A DNA stretch of 63,964 bases, counting the filler, from Stramenopiles sp. TOSAG23-6 (Eukaryota): the NCBI GenBank assembly GCA_900128565.1. It is 3 parts of 3 records of this genome, joined end to end, with 100 filler letters (N's around TTAATTAATTAA, not from the genome) between each part and the next. Parts side by side here need not be neighbours in the genome. Positions count along the whole stretch, not along the records: positions 22,418 to 44,641 come from LT636017.1; positions 44,742 to 63,964 come from LT636052.1; 1 more part is not named here. One strand, 5' to 3'. Made by a program: the position numbers and the translations under genes. Each line of letters opens with the position of its first letter. Position 1 is the first letter of the stretch. The notes under the pieces were generated by a model that was given only the letters and a program-made list of their open reading frames with translations, ran no database searches and had not been told where the DNA came from. Below, one piece after another: positions 38,559 through 49,900 of this stretch.

Positions 38559-38922
38559 GATGAATTTACGTTTTAAAAAGTAGGATCAAACTGTGTATAT
38601 CTTTCGTTGTACAAGTATCTGCAGAAAAGCGCGCCCAAGAAACTTCCATAAATTGAGCGGTTTTTTTCAAACGCGTTGTAACGACATTATAATTTGGGAA
38701 GTTTCCGAAATTTCATCGAAATATGGCAAGTTTCCGGAAACTTCTAGGATTTTTGCAAATTCCGAAGATGAAGTTTCCGAATCACACTACACAAAAAAAG
38801 GAGTTTCGTGATGGATTTCGTGGAATACGCTCAAAAACCGAATCTTTGTTTCGATCCTACGTTATTTTTCTCACACATTCAAAATAGAGGAACAATTTAT
38901 ACACGATTAAAAGGAGAAGACA

Positions 38923-39483
38923 ATGTTTGGACAAATCGCAAAACACACAGCAGTTGTAGAATTCGTTGGCTCAACGCTATTCGCATTTNCACTACTTGGT
39001 GCTGGAAAAGGAAAAAGAGGTACTGATGTGAACATGAAAGTAGCGGTTGCATTGCTTGTTGTTGGTTCAATAACAGGAGCGACAATGAACCCAGTGTTTT
39101 CTTTCTTGAAGTTTGTACAAGGAGGTTTATCATTAAATGACTTTGTGATGAATTTTGCATTCCAAGCTGTAGGTACTTACGCGGGTGCTGCCGGAAGTAA
39201 ATGGTATCATGGTGCCACAAAGGAAAAGAAATCGAAAGAATCCCTCGAGCAGCTTTCCTCCGAGTGTTTAGGTTGTTGTGTACTTACACTCTGTGTTCTT
39301 GCTAACGTTAACACAGCAATTGCTTTTTACGTCGCGTTAAATGTCAGTGGTTGTAGCTTGAATCCAGCTTACGTAGCAGTTCAAGCTGCAAATAAAAGTC
39401 GAACTNTGAAAGGTGCTGNTTTACTTGTGGCTGCCCAACTTACGGGTGTCATGGTGGCTCTCCGCTTGAAATCAAAAATGTAA
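38923..39483 (+). CDS. Short aquaporin/MIP-like protein
   Basis: EFVGS, MNPV, FQAVG, ECLG, LNPAY, AQLTG. Confidence 0.8.
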   Translation: MFGQIAKHTAVVEFVGSTLFAFXLLGAGKGKRGTDVNMKVAVALLVVGSITGATMNPVFSFLKFVQGGLSLNDFVMNFAFQAVGTYAGAAGSKWYHGATKEKKSKESLEQLSSECLGCCVLTLCVLANVNTAIAFYVALNVSGCSLNPAYVAVQAANKSRTXKGAXLLVAAQLTGVMVALRLKSKM

Positions 39484-39778
39484 ACTTCGAAGAGATTCAA
39501 TGTAAAATCGGAGGTAAGTTTCATACTATGAGAAATTGGGAGAATTTATGTGAGAGTTGATGCATGAATTATTTTAAAATAAAAAAAAAGCTATAATAAT
39601 TCCAGTCATGGTAAACATGGATCGTACGAAATTGTGTGTACTTTATTTTACAACTGGAGGTCTCTCCTAGGTAGGTTTTTGCATTTCGTAATATTCGCTT
39701 TTAATTTCACTATGGAAGTTACAGGAGAATAACATCAAGTTCACTCAAATATCCAGAATTTTGCCTTTTTCTGTCTTG

Positions 39779-41647
39779 TTATTTCTTTTCCCTATCTCTT
39801 GTCTCTCTTTGGAGTTTTTCGCGATTGAGAACTAGGAGTCGAGTTTTTCTATTTTTTTCTCTTTCTTCACGTTGTTTTCGTCTAGCCATCTTCATTTTGT
39901 GTGATTTATATCTTGCTGCTTTCATACGTATTTTTGCTTGTTGTAGTTGTTGAAAATTGTATTTACCATGAGGATTTTCTAAAATAACTTTCACCTCATC
40001 CCAAGATTTTGGTGTTAGATCGTACTTTGGATTCTGCGTATCTTTGAAGTCAGATTTTTCTGCAACACTACATAGTGCAAGAAACATTTTTTTGGTGGAT
40101 GGAATGGGCTGCCCAGGTATCCTTACTTTTTTTTGACATTTTTGAAGGGTCAGTGGTTCAAAAACTAAAGTATGTAAAGTGCGAACACGAAGACTTTCAG
40201 CATGTATTGTGAAATATATTTTATTTTTTGTTAGGTACGAAATTCAGTACGAAAAAAAAAATAAATTCGAAATTGAAAAAAATAAAACATACATGTAACC
40301 ATTTCGGTAGTGTGTCTGAGTTTTCAACTGTTTTCTTCATATTTTGCTTCGATTTCACAGCGTCCGCAAGACGGATTTCAAGTAATGCTTTTTTTCGGCG
40401 TCGTTTGACAGTAGCTAATTGTTTTCTATTCCATCCGGGCCAATCAATGGTAAAACTACTATCAGACATATCAGGATCGAAGTATTTATGTTGGAGATCA
40501 TATGTTGGCACAGTTTGGACTACAGGTCCAGTGTATTNAAATCCACAAGATTTGATTGTATCAACAGCTCGATTGATATCTTTCATGTTAAACGACTTTA
40601 TCATAAAGTCGTATGAATTATTACCTATATTTAACTCACTACAATTTGTTTTTTGTATTTCTGGAATATTTGGTGAATTCACATCACAATTAGTTGCCAT
40701 ACGCGCTTTTGCTGCAGCTGCTAATGCGTGTGCCGGATACAAAGGAACTAACCGAACATCTGGGATATTTTTTTTTGCTACTAAACACAACAGCCTTTTG
40801 ATTTCCCATAGAGGGGGAGAAGATTGTCCTGGAACTCGTAGTCTTTCTTGAAGTTGTGGCAATGTGCGAGGTGCAAGAGCTAATTCATGAATCAGTCGAC
40901 ATTGGAGTGACGCTCGGTGATGTGCAGTTTGAGAAAATTTATCAAGTGCACTTGTTGTGGACTTGACTTCATCTATTTTTTTATATTGTTGATCTTGTCT
41001 AAGTTTTCCCCCAGGATGAATGACTGAATAATATCGAGGAAGTGGAGGTGTCACAGTGTCTTCCGTCTGTCCATGTATGTCGGAGAAATATGTCACATAA
41101 TTGTTTTTCGTTAGGTACGAAATTTGGTATAAAATGTTTTTTTGAAATTCATCATAAAACATACAGAATATACACTTCGGTGTAAATCAAAGCGGTTGTT
41201 ATTTCTATTACGTCGAGATTTTTTTTTTTTAGATCTATCGGCTAGTTTTGATGTATATCTATTATTTAATTGGATTGGTTCGAGTCGTCCACGCATACTT
41301 GGGATAAAAGCCACATTGCACTCTTCTTTGCTTTCATTCAAATAATTGCGAATATATCGGCTATTGTTCGTTGAAGAGGTTCGTAGCATTGTTTGATATA
41401 TATAGTACTTTGCTGCATTCTCAAGCTTATTACTAGATTTCTCACGATTCCTTATTGCATTTATTCTACAACTTAGATCATATTGTCTTGGAGAGAGAGT
41501 TGGTGACCCTGAAAAACCTGGTACCAAAGGTCGGTTGCCACTTTTCAAAAGGACAGGTGGCATTGTATGTAGAGTTTGTTCTTGATACCTTCCTACAAGC
41601 CTGTTGCGAACACGATTGGATTTCATGAGTTGTTTTTTTTTTCTCAT
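39779..41647 (-). CDS. Protein with two ELL-like winged-helix repeats
   Basis: SLQCRLIHELALAP..LRVPGQ..VAKK..YDL..DWPGW, repeated as SLRVRTLHTLVFEP..VRIPGQ..VAEK..YDL. Exons 41647-41165, 41072-40293, 40201-39779. Confidence 0.65.
40202..40292 (-). mobile_element. Introner-like intron GT..CAT
   Basis: CAT|GTATGT..AATACAT|GCT; next AG is out of frame. Confidence 0.85.
41073..41164 (-). mobile_element. Introner-like intron GT..CAT (in-frame CAG 6 nt further is possible)
   Basis: TCT|GTATGT..CATACAT|GGA. Confidence 0.75.
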
Positions 41648-41963
41648 GCGATGCTGATACTCTTCGTTTTAGTTCACTGCATCTATTTCTCTTGCTCATA
41701 AATTAGCATTGAATTATATAATAATACTCCAGTGAGTTGCTACAGTGACAAATATTATAATAGTAAAAATAGCAAATCGTGTCAACATATCGACATCATC
41801 ATCCGACAGTTTCACTTTTTTTTTTTTGGATTTCTTCGTGTTTATGGTGTGCCCATTATTACACATGTACGTTATATAAAAGTTCTGTTCTGTAGTGCGA
41901 TTATTCACGAAGTTTCTTGTAAAGAACATTAATTTATCATCTCAAAGATCTCTTGATTGTTGA

Positions 41964-42791
41964 ATGTGGAAGGCTCATCGAAGTCCCCACGCTTCTCGTA
42001 TTCACGCAAAGATGCAAGAGATAGCTGTTCGCAACGGCTTACAAATAGGATATGAAGGTGTTGATCGTATTAGGCGCATAAATACTTCCTTGTTCAAATG
42101 CTTTTATCCTCAAGTCGGAATTAAAGCCGAAGCTCGACTGGATGAGTCTAATATGTGGATTCCTGTCACAATTGTAAATTCATCAACAAACAATAGGTGG
42201 TTTGAAGTCTATGATAATGTGTCTCAGAAGCTTCACAAAAAAGTTCCAATTGAGCTTATTCGTGAAGCGAGCTCAAACACGAAAGATAAAAAACTTTTCT
42301 ATACTTCTGGAAGAAAACCATCCTCTGGAACTGTATTGAATGGTACGTCCACATTATCATATGACGATGGGCATTTCAACACTCTAGCGGATTTTGCGGA
42401 AATTTGTTCCACTTCAGGTGAGGATGACCTTAGTACTTATTCTTTTTATAATGATGAGAGCGATGAATACTATTCTGGATTTAGCGAAGAAGATGAGAGT
42501 TTTATCAGAAATGAGCATAGTGAGTCAGATGAGTTTTTAAACTCTGAGGAAGATTCTTTATACTCGAATGGATATACCAGCTCAGAAAGTAGCTCAGAAG
42601 ATTCATACACCAACAATTTATACTCGAATGGATATACCAGCTCAGAAAGTAGCTCAGAAGATTCATATACTGTACCATTCAAACCTGTCTCACTAGGCGA
42701 GACATTGCGATTAGACTTGCAGAGAAAAACTAATTATTCGTCTTCCATAAAAGCAACAATGGAGAGAATACTAGCTAGAAGATTGAGCTAA
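41964..42791 (+). CDS. Hypothetical protein with acidic Ser-rich region and a 60-bp-period repeat
   Basis: 275 aa ATG-initiated ORF; LYSNGYTSSESSSEDSYT occurs twice. Confidence 0.6.
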   Translation: MWKAHRSPHASRIHAKMQEIAVRNGLQIGYEGVDRIRRINTSLFKCFYPQVGIKAEARLDESNMWIPVTIVNSSTNNRWFEVYDNVSQKLHKKVPIELIREASSNTKDKKLFYTSGRKPSSGTVLNGTSTLSYDDGHFNTLADFAEICSTSGEDDLSTYSFYNDESDEYYSGFSEEDESFIRNEHSESDEFLNSEEDSLYSNGYTSSESSSEDSYTNNLYSNGYTSSESSSEDSYTVPFKPVSLGETLRLDLQRKTNYSSSIKATMERILARRLS

Positions 42792-42840
42792 AAAAATTGA
42801 GATCAACATAATAAAGAAAGTCTCACATTTTATTTATTTT

Positions 42841-43368
42841 TCACGTTTTAGTGACAAACTTTCCAGTGCGTTCACATCGAGCTACGACATTCCACTTACG
42901 GACTGTACCGTTCATTGCAATATAAACCCCTGGAGCTACACATTGCACAGCACCCAAAGCACACCCTACGTTAAATCGAGCATCACTATTTGAAAACCTT
43001 TCAGGTCGCATCGCCCCAGTCAAAACGACTGTTTTATTTTGAGTTGATAGCTTCTCATCCAAACCAAGAAATGTAGCTGTTTCTATCATTGTATCTGTAC
43101 CATGCGTTATTACAATGTATTTATAAGTTGCACCAAGAATCTTCTTAAGAATAATACCTCGATCATTTTTAGTAATATGCGTTGAGTCTTTCATAAAAGG
43201 GGAAGCAATGTCATAGAGAAAGTCAGGGTTCACATCTTTTAGAATACGTGCATAAGCAGGTTCTCCAAATTCAAATGCATAACCCTTGGTTAAACGTGGA
43301 TAGTCTTTATCAATAGTTCCTCCGAGTGAGAGTAAAAGTAATTTCGAAGCATCTTCAGTTGAAGACAT
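42841..43368 (-). CDS. Short single-domain L-asparaginase
   Basis: GGTIDKDY, VITHGTDTM, VLTGAMRP, SDARFNVG, GVYIAMNG. Confidence 0.88.
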   Translation of the reverse strand: MSSTEDASKLLLLSLGGTIDKDYPRLTKGYAFEFGEPAYARILKDVNPDFLYDIASPFMKDSTHITKNDRGIILKKILGATYKYIVITHGTDTMIETATFLGLDEKLSTQNKTVVLTGAMRPERFSNSDARFNVGCALGAVQCVAPGVYIAMNGTVRKWNVVARCERTGKFVTKT

Positions 43369-43769
43369 CGTATGCACTATATTAAACTAACCAATTAATT
43401 AATTAACCAGGATGATTAATATTATTACCCGATGATCGGGCGGCCTATCATCGATCAAAAATAGCAATTTAAATTCCAGGAAATTCCTAAATTCGAAAAT
43501 ACGATAACATAACCGATTTCGTGCGCGTGGGTACGTATCGGTTAAAAAAGAATTTAACGTTTTCTCTCGAAGGTACATACAAGTATATACAGTTCCCTTG
43601 ACAGTACTTTGCTAGTAGGAACTTTACAGTGCATGCATTAGGCTACGCTAATATCATTAAATAGTATAATATAGTATACTACAAGCATGTATGAACACAT
43701 CTTCAGAATTGCTGCTACATAACTAGCAGAATACTCTTTCAAAGCCTGAATTAAAGCTAAAGATAAACG

Positions 43770-44549
43770 ATGAACTCCTCCACTTGGAATTCCAGTTTGT
43801 ACGATCGTCTTTCTTTACACCTACGAAAATTCAGAATTCTCCAAGAAGAAGAGCAAAAGACCATATTTCGCTTACGGCGCCTTGCTCATATTAAAGCACA
43901 TGGTTTAATTGAATGCTCGTACAATAAGACCAAACAAGAAGTCAAATATTTAAACTCAATACCACGTTTGAAAGTTTATCTGGCTGATATACACAATCAA
44001 ATAAGTGAAGCACAGAAAAATATTTCAGGTATTCGTGGCAAATTAGGTCTGAGGAAGCAAAATCAAGAGAACTTTAAAAAGTCTATGTCAAGTTCAGCTC
44101 TTCGCCAGAGACTCCAGGAACAGCGACAAGCACTAATTGAAGCAAATATTGTGAGAAGTACAGATTGCAAAGTTCCGAGGTTGTTTAAAACAGATCAAGT
44201 CCGAAAAGAAAATATCAATAATGAAACAAAATATAGTAAAGAATTGCAAGATAGGCTTGAAGATATGCAATTGCGGATTCGTTCTCAGAATATTCATTAC
44301 AAATCTAAACAATCAGAACAAAAAATAAATTATATAAAAATGACTGAGTCAATTCCAGAACAAGAAATCAAATATAGGCAAATGGCTAAATTGTTGAGTC
44401 CAAAATTACAAAAGGAGTTTTTCCATCAAATTGAAACAAATATTTTTACTAAAGCATTTGTAGAGTGTGACGTCCACAATCGTGGAAAAATTAATTTGAA
44501 TGAGTTTAAGACCTTTGTAAAAGAAAAACAAATGGAATATAGAGAATAT
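43770..44549 (+). CDS. Coiled-coil protein with EF-hand-like motif, truncated at intron and gap
   Basis: AFVECDVHNRGKINLNEF; frame runs into an intron-family element and then Ns. Confidence 0.65.
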
Positions 44550-44641
44550 GTACTTATTTTTTTTTTCAAATTCGATTTTTTTTTTGTACGAAATTTTGTA
44601 CCTAACAAATTTTAGTTTTTTTTTTTTGAAATATTTTTCCA
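44550..44641 (+). mobile_element. Introner-like intron, 3' end lost in gap
   Basis: TAT|GTACTT followed by family core. Confidence 0.7.
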
Positions 44642-44741
44642 NNNNNNNNNNNNNNNNNNNNNNNNNNNNNNNNNNNNNNNNNNNNTTAATTAATTAANNN
44701 NNNNNNNNNNNNNNNNNNNNNNNNNNNNNNNNNNNNNNNNN
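44642..44741. other. Artificial gap linker N44-TTAATTAATTAA-N44
   Basis: Same linker as at 22318; joins two oppositely oriented genes, each broken inside an intron. Confidence 0.95.
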
Positions 44742-44842
44742 AAAAAATATTTAAAAAAAAATCTAAAAAAAATCGTTAGGTACAAAATTTCGTACAAAAA
44801 AAAAATCAAAAAAAAAAATCAAAAAAAAAAATCAAAACGTAC
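44742..44842 (-). mobile_element. Introner-like intron, 3' end lost in gap
   Basis: AAT|GTACGT followed by family core. Confidence 0.7.
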
Positions 44843-46491
44843 ATTTTTTCTTCATTTGCTTTATTTACTTTATTTATAGACCGTACTGAAACCTGAGACA
44901 TTTGGAGTTTTAATTTATTCATATTTTTATCTAATTGTTCAGCATGGATTGTGAAAAAATATTTCAAAAAAAAAAAAAAAATTTGTTAGGTACAAAATTT
45001 TTATAAAAAAAAAACTCGAATTTAAAAAAAAAAAAAAAATTTGTTAGGTACAAAATTTCGTACGAAAAAAAAACTCGATTTTTTTGTAAAAAAAATAAAA
45101 TATACATGTTTCTCTGCTATTTGGCGTTTTTTTAGTTCATCTGTCATGGCAACACACGATTTTGCACGAAATCCAGCTTCATCCATTTGTTCATCTTCTA
45201 ATTGAGCACATGTCTAGTGAAAAAAAAAAAAGTAGTCAAAATTTGTTAGGCACGGAATTTGCAAAAAAAAAAAAAAATTTCAAAAATTAAATTTGAAATT
45301 CAATTTTCAAAAAAAAAAAAAAAAATTTCAAAAATTAAATTTGAAATTCAATTTTGAAAACGTACGTAGAGCTAACACTGTCTGTTCGGCTTTGGCTCTG
45401 GCTGTAGTCTCTGCAATGACTGCAGCACCAACAGATTTAAGTTGTTGTCGTAGTGAAATTGTTGCTGTTTCAATAGCAGCTGCGATAATTTCTTGAGAAT
45501 GTTGAGATGTTTGAGATGTTTGAGATTTTATTGTAGGTACAAAATTTGGTACAAAATCATCTGAATTTTTATTTTCACCATTACATTTTTTCTTAACCGA
45601 ATTATTTTGAATATTATTTTGAATATTATTTTGAATATTATTTTGAATATTATTTTGAATATTTGAAATAGGGTTAGGGTTAATATTTGAAATAGTAGAA
45701 GATGCTGTTGTTGTAGTAGGGTTAGGGTTAGGGTTAGGTTTGTTTACATCATCTTCTTCAATATTGACTGGAATTTCCTTTGTTGAAAAAATAGATGATT
45801 TCCAACTGTATTTACTCCATACACCGGAGAGACTCTTTGCACGAACACGAAATCGATACCGCGTTTTTGGCTGAAGAGATTTGACCACAACCCTACAACA
45901 TTGTTGAGAGTGAGTAATGTTCACATTCTCCAAATTATTCACATTCTCCAAATTATTCACATTTTCCAAATTGTTCACATTTTCCAAATTATTCACATTC
46001 TCCAAATTAGTATTTACTATGGATGTTTTTAATGCTGCTAATGTTTCCGGTGTTTCATTGCCGTTTAATTGTAAAAGTTTAGATACAGGTATAAAACTCA
46101 TGGACTCCGCAAGCAAAGCATCTACTTCAAACGTTTGCCAACTACCAAAAAATAATGTCGAATACTGAACTTCATAGGTTGAAATTTGAGTCTTGTTTTC
46201 TGCATGTTCGTTTTTTTTCTTTGATAATGTGGAAATACAATTCATTGGTATTGGCCATTCAACGACAAGTTGGTCAGGATAACTTTCAATAAGCACCGGT
46301 TGACCAGGTTCATTCGGTGGAATTTCTGAAATATTTTCAATGGGAGGTTGATTAGATACTATATTGAACGTATCACCGTCAGACTTGACGATGGGTACAG
46401 TTGTTTTTATAGTACTCATCTGGTTTTCTGTATATTTTGTACCTTCCTTTTCCAACAAACTGTTATCACTGTGTTTAGAAGATGTACTCAT
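44843..46491 (-). CDS. Fibronectin type III domain + coiled-coil protein, truncated at gap
   Basis: PPNEPGQP..LVVEW..YEVQY..LQPKTRYRFRVRAKSLSGVWSKYS; NNLENV and IQNN tandem repeats. Exons 46491-45366, 45209-45106, 44943-44843. Confidence 0.75.
44944..45105 (-). mobile_element. Introner-like intron GT..CAT with duplicated core
   Basis: CAT|GTATAT..two TACCTAAC..AATCCAT|GCT. Confidence 0.8.
45210..45365 (-). mobile_element. Introner-like intron GT..CAT
   Basis: TAC|GTACGT..CTAGACAT|GT; TAG 4 nt upstream is out of frame. Confidence 0.8.
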
Positions 46492-46925
46492 TACACATTC
46501 AATGTATTCGTAGACTATGAAATTATAGAAAGATTCTGCAAACTGTCTTTTATAATCGTATCAATATATATTATTCACTTGGTGTATGTACTACTACGAA
46601 GTGTGATGTGATGTGTAATTATTGTATAATTCTAAAATAATACGATTGTTGTTGTTTTTGAGTTCAAAACTTTTTTAAAGTTCGTGTTTCTCGATTTTAG
46701 ATCTTCTTTCTTTTTTTTGATGGCTCGCGTCGTGTCAAATTTTAGTAGTACTATATATATGGAACATTCCTGTTTTTACGGAACATTCCTGTTTTTACGG
46801 CGCATCTCAAAATTGAATGGTCAGCAGCAGAGACGGGAGCAGCAGCACCACACAAAAGATCACAATTGAAAATCATAAAAAGCAAAGGTTAAATAAGAGC
46901 ACACAATTCCAACTTTAAGTTCAAC

Positions 46926-49900
46926 ATGAACACAATGAAGCTTATGACGCTTATGATTCTGATTTCTTTCATAGGTCAAACCTTGGCGATGTTTGGGTTT
47001 TTCACTTCCGGCTCCAAGAAGAATTCCAAAACTCAAACTCAGGTTCCATATCTTGAGGAGGTGGATTCTTTTGTCTCTAAAACCACTGACAACTACTCCG
47101 AACATGCTGCTAGAACAGAAAAGGAAAGAGTCATTGATTACCTGAGTACCCCGCATCGTGATGTCGACCAAGACATCAAAAAATGGCCAGTGAATGATCT
47201 ATATTATAATGTACACAGTTTTTGTGGTCCTAAAGAAGACGAATGTGACAGAGACGACTCAAAACTTGACTACGAGGGCAGAGCTTGGCAAATGTTAAAT
47301 GGAGGGGATTCTGACGATGCTAAAGTGGGGAACGACGATGATATCACTATTAAGAATATTCCACGGGAACCATTACTCTCGAAAAACTTTACACCCAAAA
47401 TGTTACGTTTCGTTCAAGAAAAAGTAAAAGACGCATTTGGAAAAAAGGATTTGTCTGATTATGACTCTTCTCCTGTGCCTCCTGTGTATTACAAACCGTG
47501 GCAAATGTGGTTATATTATTTTGTTTATGCTGGTACCCTTAATGGTGTAGAGCCTGTTTCATATTCATTTGTTGATAATAATCTAGATAAGCTCAAGAAA
47601 CGTGAAGATGAAGTTACTTACATCTTGGAAAAGGTAGAAAAGGTATTGAAAGGTGAAACGGTTTTTGATGACACAGGTGCACCATTTACTACTATATTTA
47701 AAGATGAAGAGGTTATTGATGAAGCAACAAAAATAGGACTTACTGAACAAAACGTCTGGGCTTCTTTTGTTAGTCCAAATATACACGGAATCGCAAGTGA
47801 TGAGTTTGATAAATTCCGAGACCAAGATATATTTGAGGTTCAGGGTCAATTGGTTCCTGACATTATTCCTGACGTTGACTTTAGCCTAGACCAAGATATA
47901 GTTGCCGATGTTCAGGGTCAATTGGTTTCTAACAACTATATTATTCCTGACGTTGACAATAGCCGAGACCAAGATATAGTTGAGGTTCAGGGTCAATTGG
48001 TTTCTAACAACTATATTATTCCTGACGGTAAAATAATTCAAGGTCAAAAACTTGGCCCACTTGGTTATCAATTTGACGACCAAAATATTTTTTCGGCGCT
48101 TGAAGTAACCGAACTAATCGACGATGTTGCTCACGCGTCTCCACCTGATCAAGAAGAGAAATTCACTGGATTCAATGGTCCACTTATAATAGCAAAGACT
48201 GTAGTGGACCAAGGAGATGAAATCGGTAATGAAATTCTTCTGGAATTTAATCGAATTCTTTCAGGTTTTTCAGGTCTTTCAGCAGCCAACTCTGATGTAC
48301 CGGTTGTACCACTAGTATACTTGAATAACAAGTATTATATTAATTATGTTGTATTAAAAAAAGAGCTTCGAAAAGTAATTGACAAAATAATCGAACGTGA
48401 AACAATTAAACGCACAGTGAGTTACATCTTTGAAAGAAACAAAATGGAGCACATGGCATCACTTAAAGAGATATTCGATGTAGAAGCATGTATGCTTTAT
48501 TTTTTTTTCAATTTCGAATTTATTTTTTTCAAAAAAAAATTGTACCTAACGATTTTTGTTTTGAAATATTTTTCCAAAATACATTGGAAAAAGCCCAAAA
48601 AGCTAAAACTGATTTCGAGGAAGAAGCGAGAGCTGCACAACAGGAAGCATGTATGCTTTATTTTTTTTTCAATTTCGAATTTATTTTTTTCAAAAAAAAA
48701 TTGTACCTAACGATTTTTTGTTTTGAAATATTTCTCCAAAATACATTACTAAAAAACACTAGTACTCGTAAAGATTCAATACATGTACGTTTTATTTTTT
48801 TTTTTACAAAAAAATCGAATTTTTTTTTTATAGTAAATTTTATACCTAACATTTTTTTTTTTTTTTGAAATAATTTTCCAAAATACATGATGTAGCATCC
48901 TCCATAGCGGGAGATATCAGTAAAACCCTTTTTCGTCTTTTCAATTATAAAGAAACCAAAGACCAAAAACTAAATACTGTTGCTCTTCTTGTAGGTCATA
49001 TTGAGCATAAAATTAAAGAAATTGAACATTATGTAGTGGATTTATTGGATTTAGGGTATGCTTTTGATGCGGATAAAGTTTTGCGAGAGTTGATCAAAAA
49101 CATAATTTCCTACACGACTCACACCGCTTTTGACAACCATGTAGATTTTAAAAACCATGTTAAAAACAGGCTTATTGCTCTACTAACAAAGATGCCTATG
49201 TATGATCCATTAAATAGATATGCTACTGTTGAATACATGTATCTTTTTATTTTTTTTCAATTTTTTATCTACATTTTTTTATAGGAAATTTTGTACCTAA
49301 CAAAAACTTTTAGATTTTTTTTGAAATATTTTTCCAAAATACAAAAAGAGCCTCGATGATTTTTTTTTAACTGAACCTGATAGATATGATAATGTTGTAT
49401 ACATGTATCTTTTTATTTTTTTCAATTTTTTATCTACATTTTTTTATACGAAATTTTGTACCTAACGAAACATTTTAGATTTTTTTTGAAATATTTTTCC
49501 AAAATACATCCCCTGGCGCAAAATATTTGACCCTTTTTATCATAAAGGGGAAAAAAGGGAAGTAATTCATAAGAGACAATTTTTCTTTAAACATACGCAT
49601 AACATTGATGATGTACCCAATGCATGGAATTTTGCTGGAAGAATGGCAATTTATCAACATTTTCAAGTTTTTTTAAAGGAACAACTCATTTTCTTTAAAA
49701 ATGATTTCAAAAAAAAGGATTGGGATGCTCTCTGGTCTAAAAAAAAACCTAAAAAACCTAAAAAGCCTACAACAGATAAACAAAAATGGGAGATGTGGAT
49801 GGCTACTAGAATTCACAATGATTCACCATTACCAAACTTAATGAATGGCAGAAAACTAAAAAAAGAAGAATGGAAAAAGCTTTCAGGTAAAGAACGAAGA

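Noticed and set aside
45711-45740. TTAGGG telomere-like repeats (also about 36900 and 11286)
   Set aside because: Only 2-3 units, inside ORFs, where they encode PNPN or RVRV.
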